Assembly (NCBI GenBank): GCA_030390025.1
Contig: CM059432.1
Location: 64,544,001-64,608,000, forward strand
Source of the DNA: Squalus acanthias
Taxonomy: Eukaryota
Direction of reading: 5' to 3'
Length of the DNA stretch: 64,000 bases
In this document: one piece after another, positions 1-11,647 of the stretch
How the letters are laid out: each line of letters opens with the position of its first letter
Position numbering within the stretch: the stretch's first letter is position 1
Translations under genes and position numbers: made by a program
The notes under the pieces: model-generated
Told to the model about the DNA's origin: nothing
Database searches by the model: none
Seen by the model: only the letters and a program-made list of their open reading frames with translations

Positions 1-714
1 ATCTGATCCCAGTGGTTATGTCGGGATTGCTCCTACTGGTGCCCTCCAGTGCTGACCCCACTAGAGTTTGCGCTGTCAGTGGGAGGGCACCTCACTTTCA
101 TGGGATAAATGGGCACAAGTGCCACTTCGTATGTCCCATGCACCCTGAACATTTGGCCACCACCCACCCATGGGGGAGAGTGGGTTTGCCCAGTTCCCCC
201 TCCCCCGCAACCCCAGCCATGTTCCCTTCGGCCCTCCTGGGCAAGGGGTCTGATCTGTTATTTATTTTTAATGAAGTTCTTTTCTTTGTCTGACCTCGAC
301 CACATCTGCCCTTGTGAATGCTGGTACACCTCATTCAACGTATTCGCCTCAATTGATGCGCTGGATCCCAGTCCAGCCTAAGGGCAGGAACTCCCAGTGT
401 AGGGAATCCCAACCCCTGGCTCCATCTGCTTGTTTTCATTTGCCTTTTAAGAGGTGGTGGGTGGTTTCGCCCTTAAAGGGAAAGCAAGAAACTCTGGAAA
501 ATGGCAGGGATCCGGTGCAACTGGGATTTCCGCATTTTCCTGGGCAGTCCACTGGTCTCCGGCTGGAATTGCGGTGGGAGACTGGTGAATCCTCAAGCAA
601 TTTTACAGCCATATAATCTAAAAGCTCTAAAATACCTTCAGTACTCAATTAAATATACAAATTCCTGAAAGGTGGAGCTGAACAGAGACCTAAGAGTTCA
701 AGGGGTAAAAAAAA

Positions 715-1319
715 GGGGGCGCTACCTTCACCGGGGCGCTAATTTTAGCGCCCTGAAAAAGTTGGCGCCCCCGCGGCCAATTTTCCCAGGTAGCGCCCCG
801 AGAGGGAGGAGGAGCGCTACTGGAAGCGCCCCGCGTCCCTCTTGGGCCGCTGTAAGCCAATATCGCGGCACATTGCACCACAGTACAGCAGGCCTTCCTC
901 CCTTATTAAAGGGGAGGGACCTGGCGCAGCGTGTCCCGGCGCCCAGCTGGGCCACCAGGGATCAGGAGTGCCGGCAAACGAGCCCGGCACTCAAGAGGAG
1001 TGCTGGGCTCACAGAGAGCAGCCGGCACCCCGCGGGGGGGCTTCACTGGTGCCAGGGACAGCAACGGGGGTAGGTGCTGGCAGGCGACCAGCAACAAAAA
1101 TGGCCGTCTGCCACCTCCCCTTTACCTAGCAATGCTCCGGCCGCAGGTAGGCCCCCCTGACCCTGGCGGACATAGCGTCCGGTGGTAAGTCGGGGGGGGG
1201 GGGGCGCCACCCAATATTACAGCTGAACCGCGAGTGGGGTGCTGCGCCCAGGTGCTAGTTGATTTGCGCCCCGTTTAGGGCGCTAACAGGAGGCGCAAAT
1301 CAACCGAATTTAGCCCCCC
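715..1319. mobile_element. Harbinger-type non-autonomous element (MITE), left end degraded
   Basis: Right end GGCGCTAACAGGAGGCGCAAATCAACCGAATTTAGCCCCC matches the right end of the Harbinger at 45502-49592. The body is similar to 61027-61660 and has many GCGCC/GGCGC subterminal motifs. Confidence 0.7.
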
Positions 1320-1339
1320 AAATATATAATTCCTTGAAA

Positions 1340-2815
1340 GTGCAGGTGCAATGAGTTAAAACCATAAAAAGGCCAACAGCATTTCGGGTTTTATAAAAAA
1401 GGGCATAAAGTACACAAATGAAGGGGTAATGATAAATTTGTAGATTCGAATAATTAGCCCACAGTTAGAGCACTGTGTGCAGTTTTAAGTGCTCCGTTAT
1501 AGAAAGGACATTAAAGCCAAAAAGGACATCCAGTGTAGATTTACCAGGATGATGCCAGGGATGAGAAACAATAGTAATGAGGAGAGATTTGAAATACCAG
1601 GACAATTTGCACTGGAGCTAAGAAGGGGTTTTAATCATTTTGTTTTTAAATTATGAAGCATTTTGATAGAATGAATAGTAAAAGATTGGGGGAGGGGGGT
1701 GATTTTCGACAGCGTGTTCAGGTGCTAAAGAACCTCCGAGGTTGCCGAGGTGGGGTCTTTAGCTGAAACGGCGGTTTAGCCCGTGTTTAGCGCAAGACGC
1801 CATTTTGGTAAAGGAGTTAAATTGTGCGCTAGGAAATGCCACCCAGAGGCTTGTTAAGGGGCTGATTGATACTTAAATTGCTTGCTAGTGCTTATTGAAG
1901 AGGCTGCATGGCACTTTGGTGACTAGTGCTTGCCCTAACGTCCTCTCTTAACAGCAACCAGCTGTTTGGGAGTAAACTAGTCATTGCTGAGGATTTTGAG
2001 CGCTACTTAAAAGTATATCACCTTTCACTGTTCACTTGCTGCTGGAGCTTTGAAGAGGACCTTTGAAACAGATCGAGAGACTTCACCAACACACTATCAA
2101 CATTTATTCGCGAAATTCACCTGGTGGTTTGTGGAGGCGGTAAACCCTAGCACCACGATCTACTGCGCCCGGAGATTGTGACGTCATCCGGCTGTGCATC
2201 GCCCCGGTAGCTCCCCGGACTCGAAATTCATTTCCGCCCCCTGCAGCATTGCCGGGCAAAAACACCGACAGCTGCAGGAGGCATTGATCAGGAGACCGGG
2301 CGATTCGGGGGCAATATTTAAAGGCGAGGTGGCCGAGGTAGGTTAAAAAAAATCTGAAATGATCTTTGCGTTTTTTTTTGTTTCGTCGCCACCCATCAAT
2401 CAGCCCGGCACTCTGCTGCAGTGCATCGGGCTGATCAGGCCGGATCGTGGCTGCCATCGGGGACCAGGTAAGTTTTCTCCTTGTAGAGCCTGCAGCGATG
2501 GCCGTTCCCTTTAAGGGAGGGAAGGAGCTTTCCAACGCGACTGCATTGCACAGCCCATTGTGAAGCACTGCACAGCTACCACCCCACCTGCTGCCTGTTG
2601 CGCTCCACTTCCTTCCTGGAGTGCAAAACCGAATTTTTTAAAAGTTGAGAAACATTAGCGCCTGGCACAAATTTTCTCAACTTTTAAAAGTTAGCGCCCC
2701 AAACGGGGCTATAATGAATTTCTCCCCCCTATTTCTTCTGGTTTTGGAGTCAGGGATGAGGAATCATCAATTTAAAATTGTCACTAAGAGATTGAAGAGA
2801 AAGGTTAGAGCAGCT
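1340..2815 (+). mobile_element. Old CR1 LINE 3' fragment, split by the GC-rich insertion at ~1690-2729
   Basis: Decayed match to the CR1 ORF2 C-terminus DNA seen elsewhere in the window (CCACAGTTAGAGCACTGTGTGCAGTTTT, TTTACCAGGATGATGCCAGGGATGAG). It resumes after 2729. Confidence 0.6.
1690..2729. mobile_element. Harbinger-type non-autonomous element, probably composite
   Basis: Ends GGGGGTGATTTTC ... GAATTTCTCCCCC resemble the other Harbinger TIRs in the window. It has GCGC-rich subterminal motifs and interrupts a CR1 fragment. Confidence 0.55.
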
Positions 2816-5104
2816 GAGGTAGAATTTGGTCCCTGTCATGCCCTGGGCACAAGGTAAGACTTTGGGGGACCAATTCCCGGGCACAATTTTGTTTGCTCGA
2901 TTCCCTCCCTCCCCATGGTTGGGCGTGGGATGCCCGCCTATAACAGGCATTAGGCTCCTTAAATATACTGATCAGCAGCCCCTTGGAAAATTCGGCAGAA
3001 TCTGGCCGGAGCAGTGTCCAAGATGGCTGATATTGAGAAGTCTCCAATTGGTCAGCTGTGGGCACCGATCGGGTACCATACTGCATCACGCTCTGTGCCA
3101 GAAAACCTTCAGCTGACTGATTCCAGGCCAACTTGAAGTTCAATGCTTACATTTCATTTTTATCCCTCTTCTGCTTGAGTTTCTCATGGTTGGGTTTAAC
3201 AAGCAAAAGGCTTATTTTTTTTCTTATTGCTTATTTTTGAGAACTTATTTTAGGTTGGGAGCATTAGTCAGAGTAGTATCACAAACGGCAAGTAGTGAAT
3301 TACTGCTTTTTACCAGGTATTGCAACTCTGTTTACACATGTCTACGTTTTCCTGAAAATTAACTTACAGAGGAAAACATGACCTATAGAGTTAGATAATT
3401 TTATACAGTTCACCTTTGCAACATTCAAAATTGGAAGTCAGTCAGGATGGGCATTTCATTCCATGGACATAAATAGTTTTTCACACTGATATTTCAAATC
3501 TGTGAAAATAAAACTCTTATTGAAGGTGTGTGGAAACGCAGTACTTCAAAGACAATGCAAGATCAAACAGTAACCAATGAGAGTGCAGATCTTCAGGTCA
3601 CATCATTCATATGGAAGGGATGTAAAAAATTCCCATTGTGCATCTAAATAAGGCACACATCACATGTTACACGTGTAAGAGGAAATAACATAAAATATGT
3701 ATGTAATCTGTACATACTGTACCTGACTTACAAATACACTAAATGCCATATATTTTAAAGCAATTCCATTTAAAGTTTGAGTAGCTCAGCAAGAAAGTTT
3801 GGTATTACTATAATAGGGGCTGCTCTTACATACAGGCCAGGTGCTATCACACACCTTGCTATATGTTTACCAGAGCAAATTTTTCTCTCTCTCATTTCTA
3901 TCCAAGTGAACCATGTGTATTAAAATAATAGTGCACAATTAATAAGTCATTACTGAAATTGTAAATATTGGCAATGTTGAAAACCTATTCTCCCCAGGTT
4001 ATTGACTTCATTGCAGGGCAGGTTACAGGGTGGGTTGCCAAACATTAACACAATGTTGTCTCTATACTTCTAACATTATACAGGATATTCTAATCAGGCT
4101 CCATTTGGTATACATTTCCACATGGCAATTTGCTTGAGTGAATGCTATCCTGTCTAGCAGATACACTGCTTTGTTCCAGATGCTCAACAAGGTATGAACA
4201 CATGTTCTCAGGCTCGTGTCCAAAACTTCAGGCCTGGCACTGTCATATTAACTTAATGCCAAGATTGACTGGAGAGAAGCTGCATTTATTCTTTCTGCAG
4301 GGTGGGCATAGATAATTTGTTGGAGCAGATTCTCTGGAGCAATTAGCTTTCTATTTTGTGAGACTGCCATCACACATGGGAATCCATCCTTGACATTAAA
4401 CGAACAAAACCATTCTCTAACCAAGTGTGCATCTTTGGTTTTCATTTTCTCTTTTTCCAGTCCGTACCTGCAGTTTCTCTCTCTCGCTCTCTCTCTCTCT
4501 ACCCTACAACAAATCTGTGGTTCTCTCTCAGGATCCCAGAGTACTTAACTATGCTTTTCCCTCTGTCCCTGTGGTTCTCTCTTGTCCGTGTGTGTGTCTG
4601 TTTGTGTTTGTACTTCTGTTTGTGTGTGAGATTGTGTAACTAGAAGTATTTGTGTGTATACATGATCTTCCATCCTTCCTCAAATGTTCCATGCCTCTTT
4701 CCTTGATGCCAGCTCTGAACCCATCCTCCTCTCGCAACGGTAAATGACTAAGTTTTGTTGTATTCTCTCCAAAGCCAGTATGTCCCTCCTGTAGCAGGTG
4801 ACCAGACTCTATTCTGGGGGACTGGACGAGTGCTTTGAACAAATAGCTACTTAGGAATTATGGAGAACATTTTTTGGGAGGGAAGTTAAAGACAACACAA
4901 TTGGCAATTAAGAATCAAGGATAACTGGAAAACAATTGTGCCCTTTAATTTATGTCAGGTGTTTTTAAACTCTTTTTTTTGCTCCCTAAAATACATTGGC
5001 CGGGAATATCCTGCAATGGCTATTTTGGCGATGAATGCCATGCGCTAGACCAGTGTGTGCCCTAATACTCCAATAGCGAATTTATGCCTAAGTTTGGACT
5101 GGCT

Positions 5105-5508
5105 GGGCTGGATTTTCATTGACCCGTGGAGGCAGGTTTGGAGGCATGTGGGGGGGTTAAAATTGCGAAAACTGGCGGGCGGGCACAAGTCCGCCTCCAT
5201 CCCGCCTCCACGCAATTTTCATTAAATCGTGTCTGCTGGTCCCGACTCCGTCCTGCCTTTAAGAGGTAGGATAGGCTGTTAAGGCCCTTAACCAGCATTA
5301 AATTGGCTCTATAATGCCATTTTGAAAGGCCTTTGTGATTTTAACCCTTGTTCTACGGGAAGCACGCCTGTTCTGAACCACGAATGTGAAACCTGGCGGT
5401 AACACATTTCGAAAGCTGACTATCAGCTGCAGGTCCACTATTGCAATGGAGAAGTAGTAGTAGGAAAAATATCTGGGAGAAGACCTAGGGCCGCTGCTGC
5501 TCATTTTG

Positions 5509-5543
<35 letters not shown>

Positions 5544-5800
5544 GACTTGTGCATCCAGGTCCTCTCACAGCAAAGGCCAGGCAGTCTTTGCAGACCTTCA
5601 ATGCAGCAGCAATGATGACATCATCAGAGGCGACTTTCAGACTGAAAACACAAATTGGGTCATGGGTTCCCACATGCTGGAACTCAATTGACCAATTAGG
5701 TGAAAATTGCATCAATCTCCCACATCCAATTGCAGTCGGGTGCATAACACGAAAAGTTGATGACACGACCCCAACCCGCCCCAGTATCAAAATCCAGCCT
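5105..5800. mobile_element. Harbinger MITE, internally deleted derivative of the 32616-36831 family
   Basis: TIRs GGGCTGGATTTT ... AAAATCCAGCCT, flanked by GCT on both sides. The two halves match the two ends of the element at 32616-36831. Confidence 0.75.
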
Positions 5801-5869
5801 GCTTTGTTCAGGGAAACCAGATCTACATGCAGCCAAACAAGTGGTCCTTAAAGGCTGCCAAAAGACATA

Positions 5870-7690
5870 AGGGCTAGAAATTCATGTACTTATCGTCACT
5901 CCGTAGCACCATGAAATGCAAAAAAATGGCAGCCGCCGCTCTTTCATCAGCAGGTGGAGGGTCCCACGGTGGCTGCCATTTTCCTCCATCTCTTTGTGCT
6001 GCCGGTAACTGGCGGCACCCTGGAAAAAATGGCGATGTGGTGACGTCAATCGGTATGCAATGCTGACTTAATGTCACCACTCCGAACTTTGGCCCTAGCG
6101 CTGAATTCAGTGCTGGGTCCTATGCACGCCAAGTAAACAGTGGTGATGTCAGCACCTCTTAAAGGGACACACACATCTTTCAGGTTAGTTTGGATTGAAG
6201 ATTTTGGACTTTTAAAAATTTTTATTGAAGTAGTGGCTTGCTGCAATAGATGATAAAAGTTTTTTTTAAGTGTGTAGCGAATGCTGCTGGATGCTTGCAA
6301 GGCTGTGGATGGTAAAGGAAAGCCTCTGAGAAGACAGAAAATGCTGCAAATACTCAGCAGGTCAGGCAACGTTCATGGAGAGAGAAACAGCGTTCACGTC
6401 TCAGGTCGAGATGCTGCCTGACCAGCTGAGTATTTCCAGCATTTCATGCTGTCATTTCAGATTTATAACATCTGCTCGCAGAGGGAAGAGGAAGACGCAG
6501 AAGAGGAAGAAGAAGGCATTAGGAAGGATGCAACCCAGACAGCACCTTTCTGGCCGGGATGGAATCATCCGCCTGTGGTACCAGTGACCTCAACGCCTAT
6601 TCCCCTTTCCACATTTGTCCCACACTTTACCTTCCCTCTGTTATTGACCATCACAGCGTTCTCTTGGCCACAATGCTGAAATACAAGCCACCACAAAGCA
6701 AACTTTCAAATCCAACTGTATATATCTATTCATCCAATATGACATCATGAAATCAACTCATTACCCATATGCATTCCCTTAGTGACTGTCTTGTGTGTGC
6801 CTTTACCTATCCTACTGATGTCACGCAGTGCTACCCCTAGTGGTTGCAGCATGGCTGGTGGAAGGCTGCTGACTTTCAGTGGGGGACACTGCAAATGGCC
6901 TTGCTGGTCAACCTTGAGGAGCTGGTGGCTGGGAGTGTGAAATCAAGTGATGGTGTTTCTTCTTCTTCTTCTTCTTCTTCTTCTTCTGCTTCTGCTTCTT
7001 CTTCTTCTTCTTCTTCACTCTCCTCTCCCTCTTCTTGGCCAACCACTGGCTGGGCAGGCTGCATTTCTTGGATGTGTGAAATGAGGAAGGCACAAGGGTG
7101 GAGTTGTGGTGACGGGAGGGCAGGAAAGGAAAAGGTGCATACCAGAAGGAGGATAACGTTTGAGGATACCAGCATCTTTTATCCTTTCAGCCCCGCCGCT
7201 GGCCAAGGGCTCAGCCATGCCCCTGCCAAGATCGCCTGCACCGTCTCCTCCAAGGGGGGGAGGTGAGGCTAGGAATGGGAGATGTGCCTCGTGATTGGTG
7301 CAGGTTGTTGGTAGATGAGTGATTGCAGGAGCGGGGGGGGAGTCGTGCATTGAGCAGTGTGTGAGGCTAGTGGTGCAGCTGGTAGGAGATGGCTTTTGAA
7401 GATGCATTCACTGAGCTTGACCACTGGTCTGAGGTCATGAAGCTTCTTTGGGCACTGGAGCCAGGTGGTGGGGGTGACACTGCTGGCAGTGACGGCCTCA
7501 GTGATGTACTCCCACGTCGTTCTTTCTGGAGGGTCTCCTGGCCCCTGTGGGTAGAGGACATGTCTTGCAGTGTTGACCCCCTGCACAAAGCTGGAGTGCT
7601 GAGTGCGAGACCCTGGGTGGCCTTCCCTGGTTTGCTGAGACCTTTGTGTTCGTGCTGAAGCACTTTTACCATTTTTTGAGGTTCGGAAGG
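5870..7690. mobile_element. Decayed Harbinger remnant with (TCT)n tract and a Penelope pLTR piece at ~6330-6465
   Basis: Starts GGGCTAGAAATTC (TIR-like). Glu-rich coding-like remnants lie on both strands in convergent arrangement, as in the better-preserved Harbingers. Confidence 0.4.
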
Positions 7691-7724
7691 GAATTCAGAT
7701 TTAAGAACTGAATAATCATATTGG

Positions 7725-8265
7725 GAATTACATTGTTCCACTGAAGCTCAACGTAAGCTCGAGGAACAGCACCTCATCTTTCGATTAGGCACTTTACAGC
7801 CTTCTGGACTCAACATAGAGTTCAACAATTTCAGATCATAACCTCAGCCCCTATCATATATATTTTTTTTCCACACTTTTTTTTTCTTCTCTCCCACATG
7901 GCAGCTGTCTTTCATTCTGCCAGCGCAATTTACACTTCATCTCGAGCCATCTTTTAGTTTCTTAACCTGACCCATTACCATCTCCTTTTGCTTTGAATAT
8001 CTCTTAATGCCTCTTAACCTCTCCTGCCTTCTATCCTATCACAGACCTTCCCTTTTGTTCTTTCATCCCCTCCCCCCTTTCCCAGCTCCCACACTTGCTT
8101 AAAAATCTGTTCCATCTCCAGCTTTTTTACAGTTCTGACGAAGGTCATCGACCTGAAACGTTAACTCTGTTTCTCTCTTCACAGATGCTGCCTGACCTGC
8201 TGAGTATCTCCAGCATTTTCTGTTTTTATTTCAGATTTCCAGCATCTGCAGTATTTTCTTTTTGT
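7725..8265 (+). mobile_element. Penelope-like element 3' fragment (GIY-YIG tail plus pLTR)
   Basis: Encodes ...QRKLEEQHLIFRLGTLQPSGLNIEFNNF, the same family as 29456-29785. The pLTR carries the hammerhead core CTGACGA-AGGTCATCGACCT-GAAAC. Confidence 0.85.
8135..8164 (+). ncRNA. Minimal hammerhead ribozyme core in Penelope pLTR
   Basis: CUGACGA, stem II AGGUC/GACCU, GAAAC, and palindromic AACGUU. Confidence 0.7.
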
Positions 8266-8625
8266 AATCATATTGGGACTTCTTTTCAATGTAATTTTTG
8301 TTAAATTAAAATATTTAAATGAGCGACCTGTCTCTTGGGTGTGGGTTGGTTGCCTGCTGTATGCTGACAACTGGAGGCGGGTTGGGTTCAGGTTTGAGAT
8401 TTTTAACATTTTAACATCCCACCTGACCCAAACCCTCCTGTTTTTGGATGTTAAAATTTCCATCATTGCCTCAAACCCCCAACCAATCGTCGCCTTGACC
8501 CCCCTTCCAATCACTGTCTCGACCCCATCCGTCTCCCGATCGCACGCCTCCCTCAATGGCACGCTCTCTCAATCGCCCCTCTACTAGTCGCTCCCTCCCT
8601 CCATCTCCCAGCTGCCCTGCTCCCT

Positions 8626-9066
8626 GGGCTGAGTGAGTTGTCCTATGAGGAGAGATTGAGCAGATTGGGCCTATACTCTCTGAAGTTTAGAAGAATGAGA
8701 GGTGATCTCATTGAAACATATAAAATTCTGAGGGGGATTGACAGGGTAGATGCTGAGAGATTTTTTTCCCCTAGCTGGAGAGTCTAGAACTATGGGGCAT
8801 AGTCTCAGGATAAGGGGTCAGCCATTTAAGACTGAGATGAGGAGGAATTTCTTCACTCAGGGGGTTGTGAATCTCTACCCCAAAGGGCTGTGGATGCTCA
8901 GTCATTGAGTATATTCAAGGCTGAGATAAATTTTTGGACTCTAGGGTAATCAAGGGATATGGGGATAGTGCAGGAAAGTGGTGTTGAGGTTGAAGATCAT
9001 CCACGATCTTATTGATTGGCAGAGCAGGCTCAAGGGCCTACTCCTGCTCCTAATTCTTATGTTCTT
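8626..9066 (+). mobile_element. CR1 LINE 3' fragment
   Basis: Encodes LSYEERLSRLGLYSLKFRRMRGDLIETYKIL; tail ends in (TTCTTATG)n. Confidence 0.9.
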
Positions 9067-9460
9067 AATGTGGTGAGGGGGCTTGGCATTAAAATTGAGA
9101 TGTGATTGGCAAGCTTTTCTGATGCAAGGTCATCGACCTGAAACATTAACTCTGTTTCTCTCTCCACAGATGCTGCCTGACCTGCTGAGTATTTCCAGCA
9201 TTTTCTGTTTTTATTTCAGATTTCCAACATCCGCAGTATTTTGCTTTTGTCTTATGTTCTCCTGGCAGGTTACCCAAGGAATTGCATTGAATAGCACCAC
9301 GAGATGTTTTGCCCAGTTCATTTCTACCAGTGGACAAAAATATGATGGTGTATATTTTTCATGAGTGTCAATGGAACAATTATTGTGACAAAATGTGTCA
9401 AAAGCTGTGCCGCATGCCAATCACATCTCAAGTTTAATGCCAAGCCTCTTCACCACATTG
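9067..9460. repeat. ~48-bp terminal inverted repeat element (old MITE) containing a Penelope pLTR fragment at ~9119-9252
   Basis: AATGTGGTGAGGGGGCTTGGCATTAAAATTGAGATGTGATTGGCA at 9067 is near reverse-complementary to TGCCAATCACATCTCAAGTTTAATGCCAAGCCTCTTCCACCACATT ending ~9459. Confidence 0.6.
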
Positions 9461-10519
9461 TGAGAAATGGAATACTTTCCTATTACGGGCACCAAGCTAG
9501 GGGTGGCTCGGTCACATGTGTTGCTTCTGCTGCACCACTGAGTGAGATACACAAGTTCATTTCTGAACCCTTCTCTGTGGCGAGTATCTGATTTCAGCTC
9601 ACATATCTGGGAAACAGAAGATGCTGAAAAAAGTCAGAGACTGGCTGCATTGCAGCATTGGCTAAACTCTAGGTATGGGTCACCTGACTACTCTCCAAGC
9701 AGTGGAATGGAGAAAACCTAAGAAGAGAGAGAAAAAAGTATTAAAAAATAATTGGGAAAATCCTCTATAGGTTTGATACTATTTTCAAGATTTATTAAAT
9801 ACAACGTTATATCATCTCATAAAATTCTCAGTTGATTTTGAGTCTTCCTGCAAGTTAAGCATATAAATGTTTTTTTTTAGATTGCTTGTACCATTTTAAA
9901 AATTGAGAAATATGATTGTAAGGAATTTGTTCCATTTAATTCAAATTGGAAACAGATAAATGCTTTTAGACAAGTCTCAGTTCAGTCACTCTTTGCACAA
10001 CAAAGCACTTCCAGCCAAGGAGCTCAAATCAGCAGTGGCACGATACACATGAACACATCTTCAAGCAAATTTAGGCTGGTTGTGCAAAAAGCCCATTTTT
10101 AATTGTTAAAGTAGTTTTGTCTTAATATAGTATATGAGACTTAAAACTACTGCTGACAAATGCATTATGCAAGTGGCAACTCGGTGATTTAACTTCTGAC
10201 AGGAATGATCTCTGTAAAGAGGCTGAGGTTTCTGAAGACTACAGGGATTGCATACAGCTCAGAATCAGCAATGTTGGGAGTGTGATACAATGCTCGTGTA
10301 CTGTACATTTCCTGACGCAAGCTAAATTTTTACAAGACAAAAACTGCTTATCTTGCCCAGATCACAGGTGTTGAGGAGAGATGCTGCAGGGATAAAGCTA
10401 GAGACTTCATTTAAAGATAAATTGATTCAACTTTTTTCCCAGTTCCAAGATTTCTGGCCACCAGAGGGATTGCATTGAGTGCTCCAGTAGCAGGGGACTT
10501 AATACAGGTCCAGCAAGAG

Positions 10520-10765
10520 CAGGAAATGAGGAGAAATGTTTTTACGCAGCGAGTTGTTATGATCTGGAATGCATTGCCTGAAAGTTGGTGGAAGCAGATT
10601 CAATAATAACATTCAAAAGGGAATTGGATATATATAGAAAAGGAAAAATTTGCAGGGCTATGGGGAAAGAGCAGGGGAGTGGGACTAATTGGACAGCTCT
10701 TATAAAGAGCCGGCACAGGCACAATGGGGTGAAAGGCCTCCTTCTGTGCTGTATCATTCTATGAA
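10520..10765 (+). mobile_element. CR1 LINE 3' fragment
   Basis: Encodes MRRNVFTQRVVMIWNALP followed by a CR1 3'UTR; same subfamily as 14195-14522. Confidence 0.85.
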
Positions 10766-10806
10766 GACTGCTGCTGGGGCTTCCCCTGATATCAGGTGGC
10801 ACACAT

Positions 10807-11647
10807 GGGCCCTAATATTTACGAGGAGTTGGGGAGGGAGCGGGGGCGGGTGTTTGCGGGGGGAATCCCGGGAATGTAGAAGTCCAACCGAATATAATGC
10901 TCATTAGCATACTTTACCTCCGTTTCCCACCCGGCAGCCGGCCGGATTGACAGGCTGGTTGGCTGCTGGGCGAGAAAGCCAGCGGTAGAAGATCGCAGCT
11001 GGGAACTGTTGGGGACAGCCCCCCAGCAATCGGAAAAGATCGGGGGCATGGTGGGGGGAGGGCTTGGAGCGTGGCAGCGAGGAAGGAGTGAGGAAAAGAT
11101 TGTGACATAGTGGGGGGTGCGTCAGCAGATCATTGCAGGGGGCGTTAAAGATTGCAAGGAGGTCAGAAAATCATGGGGGTCAGAAAATCGTGGGGTTGGA
11201 AGATCGCGGGAGAGGGGGGGTGCGGCAGATTGTGGGGTGGGGAAGAGATTGCAGGGAGGGAGAAATCGTGCTAGAAGACTTGCTTGAGGGACACTTCTGC
11301 TTCTCCTGGCCCACAAACAGTGCTCCAAAAATAACTTAGCTGCTGGATCTGACAGCTCCTGCCTCCCTTTAGCTGCCGGGTCCGGAGCTCTGGGAGACCC
11401 AGCTGGCCAGCATTAAATTAAAATGGCTGCCAAAATCTGAGGAATGGAGCCTCATTAATATTATAATCATGGACCACCTCTCCAGACAGGATTACTCAGG
11501 CGCCTCCAAACCCGCCATGATTAAACCGGAAGAGGAAGACACAGAAGAGGAAGAAGCGGGTTGGGGTCAGGTTTCACGTATTTACCAATTTAACCCTGAC
11601 CCTCTTCTGCCTGTCGTGGGGGGGGGGGGGAGAGTTAAAACTCCCCC
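10807..11647. mobile_element. Harbinger-type MITE
   Basis: GGG-starting and CCCCC-ending termini, CAT on both flanks, GGCGGG subterminal motifs. Confidence 0.5.

Noticed and set aside
6844..7266. Poly-Ser/Glu/Lys ORFs
   Set aside because: Products of a (TCT)n microsatellite inside a decayed transposon.
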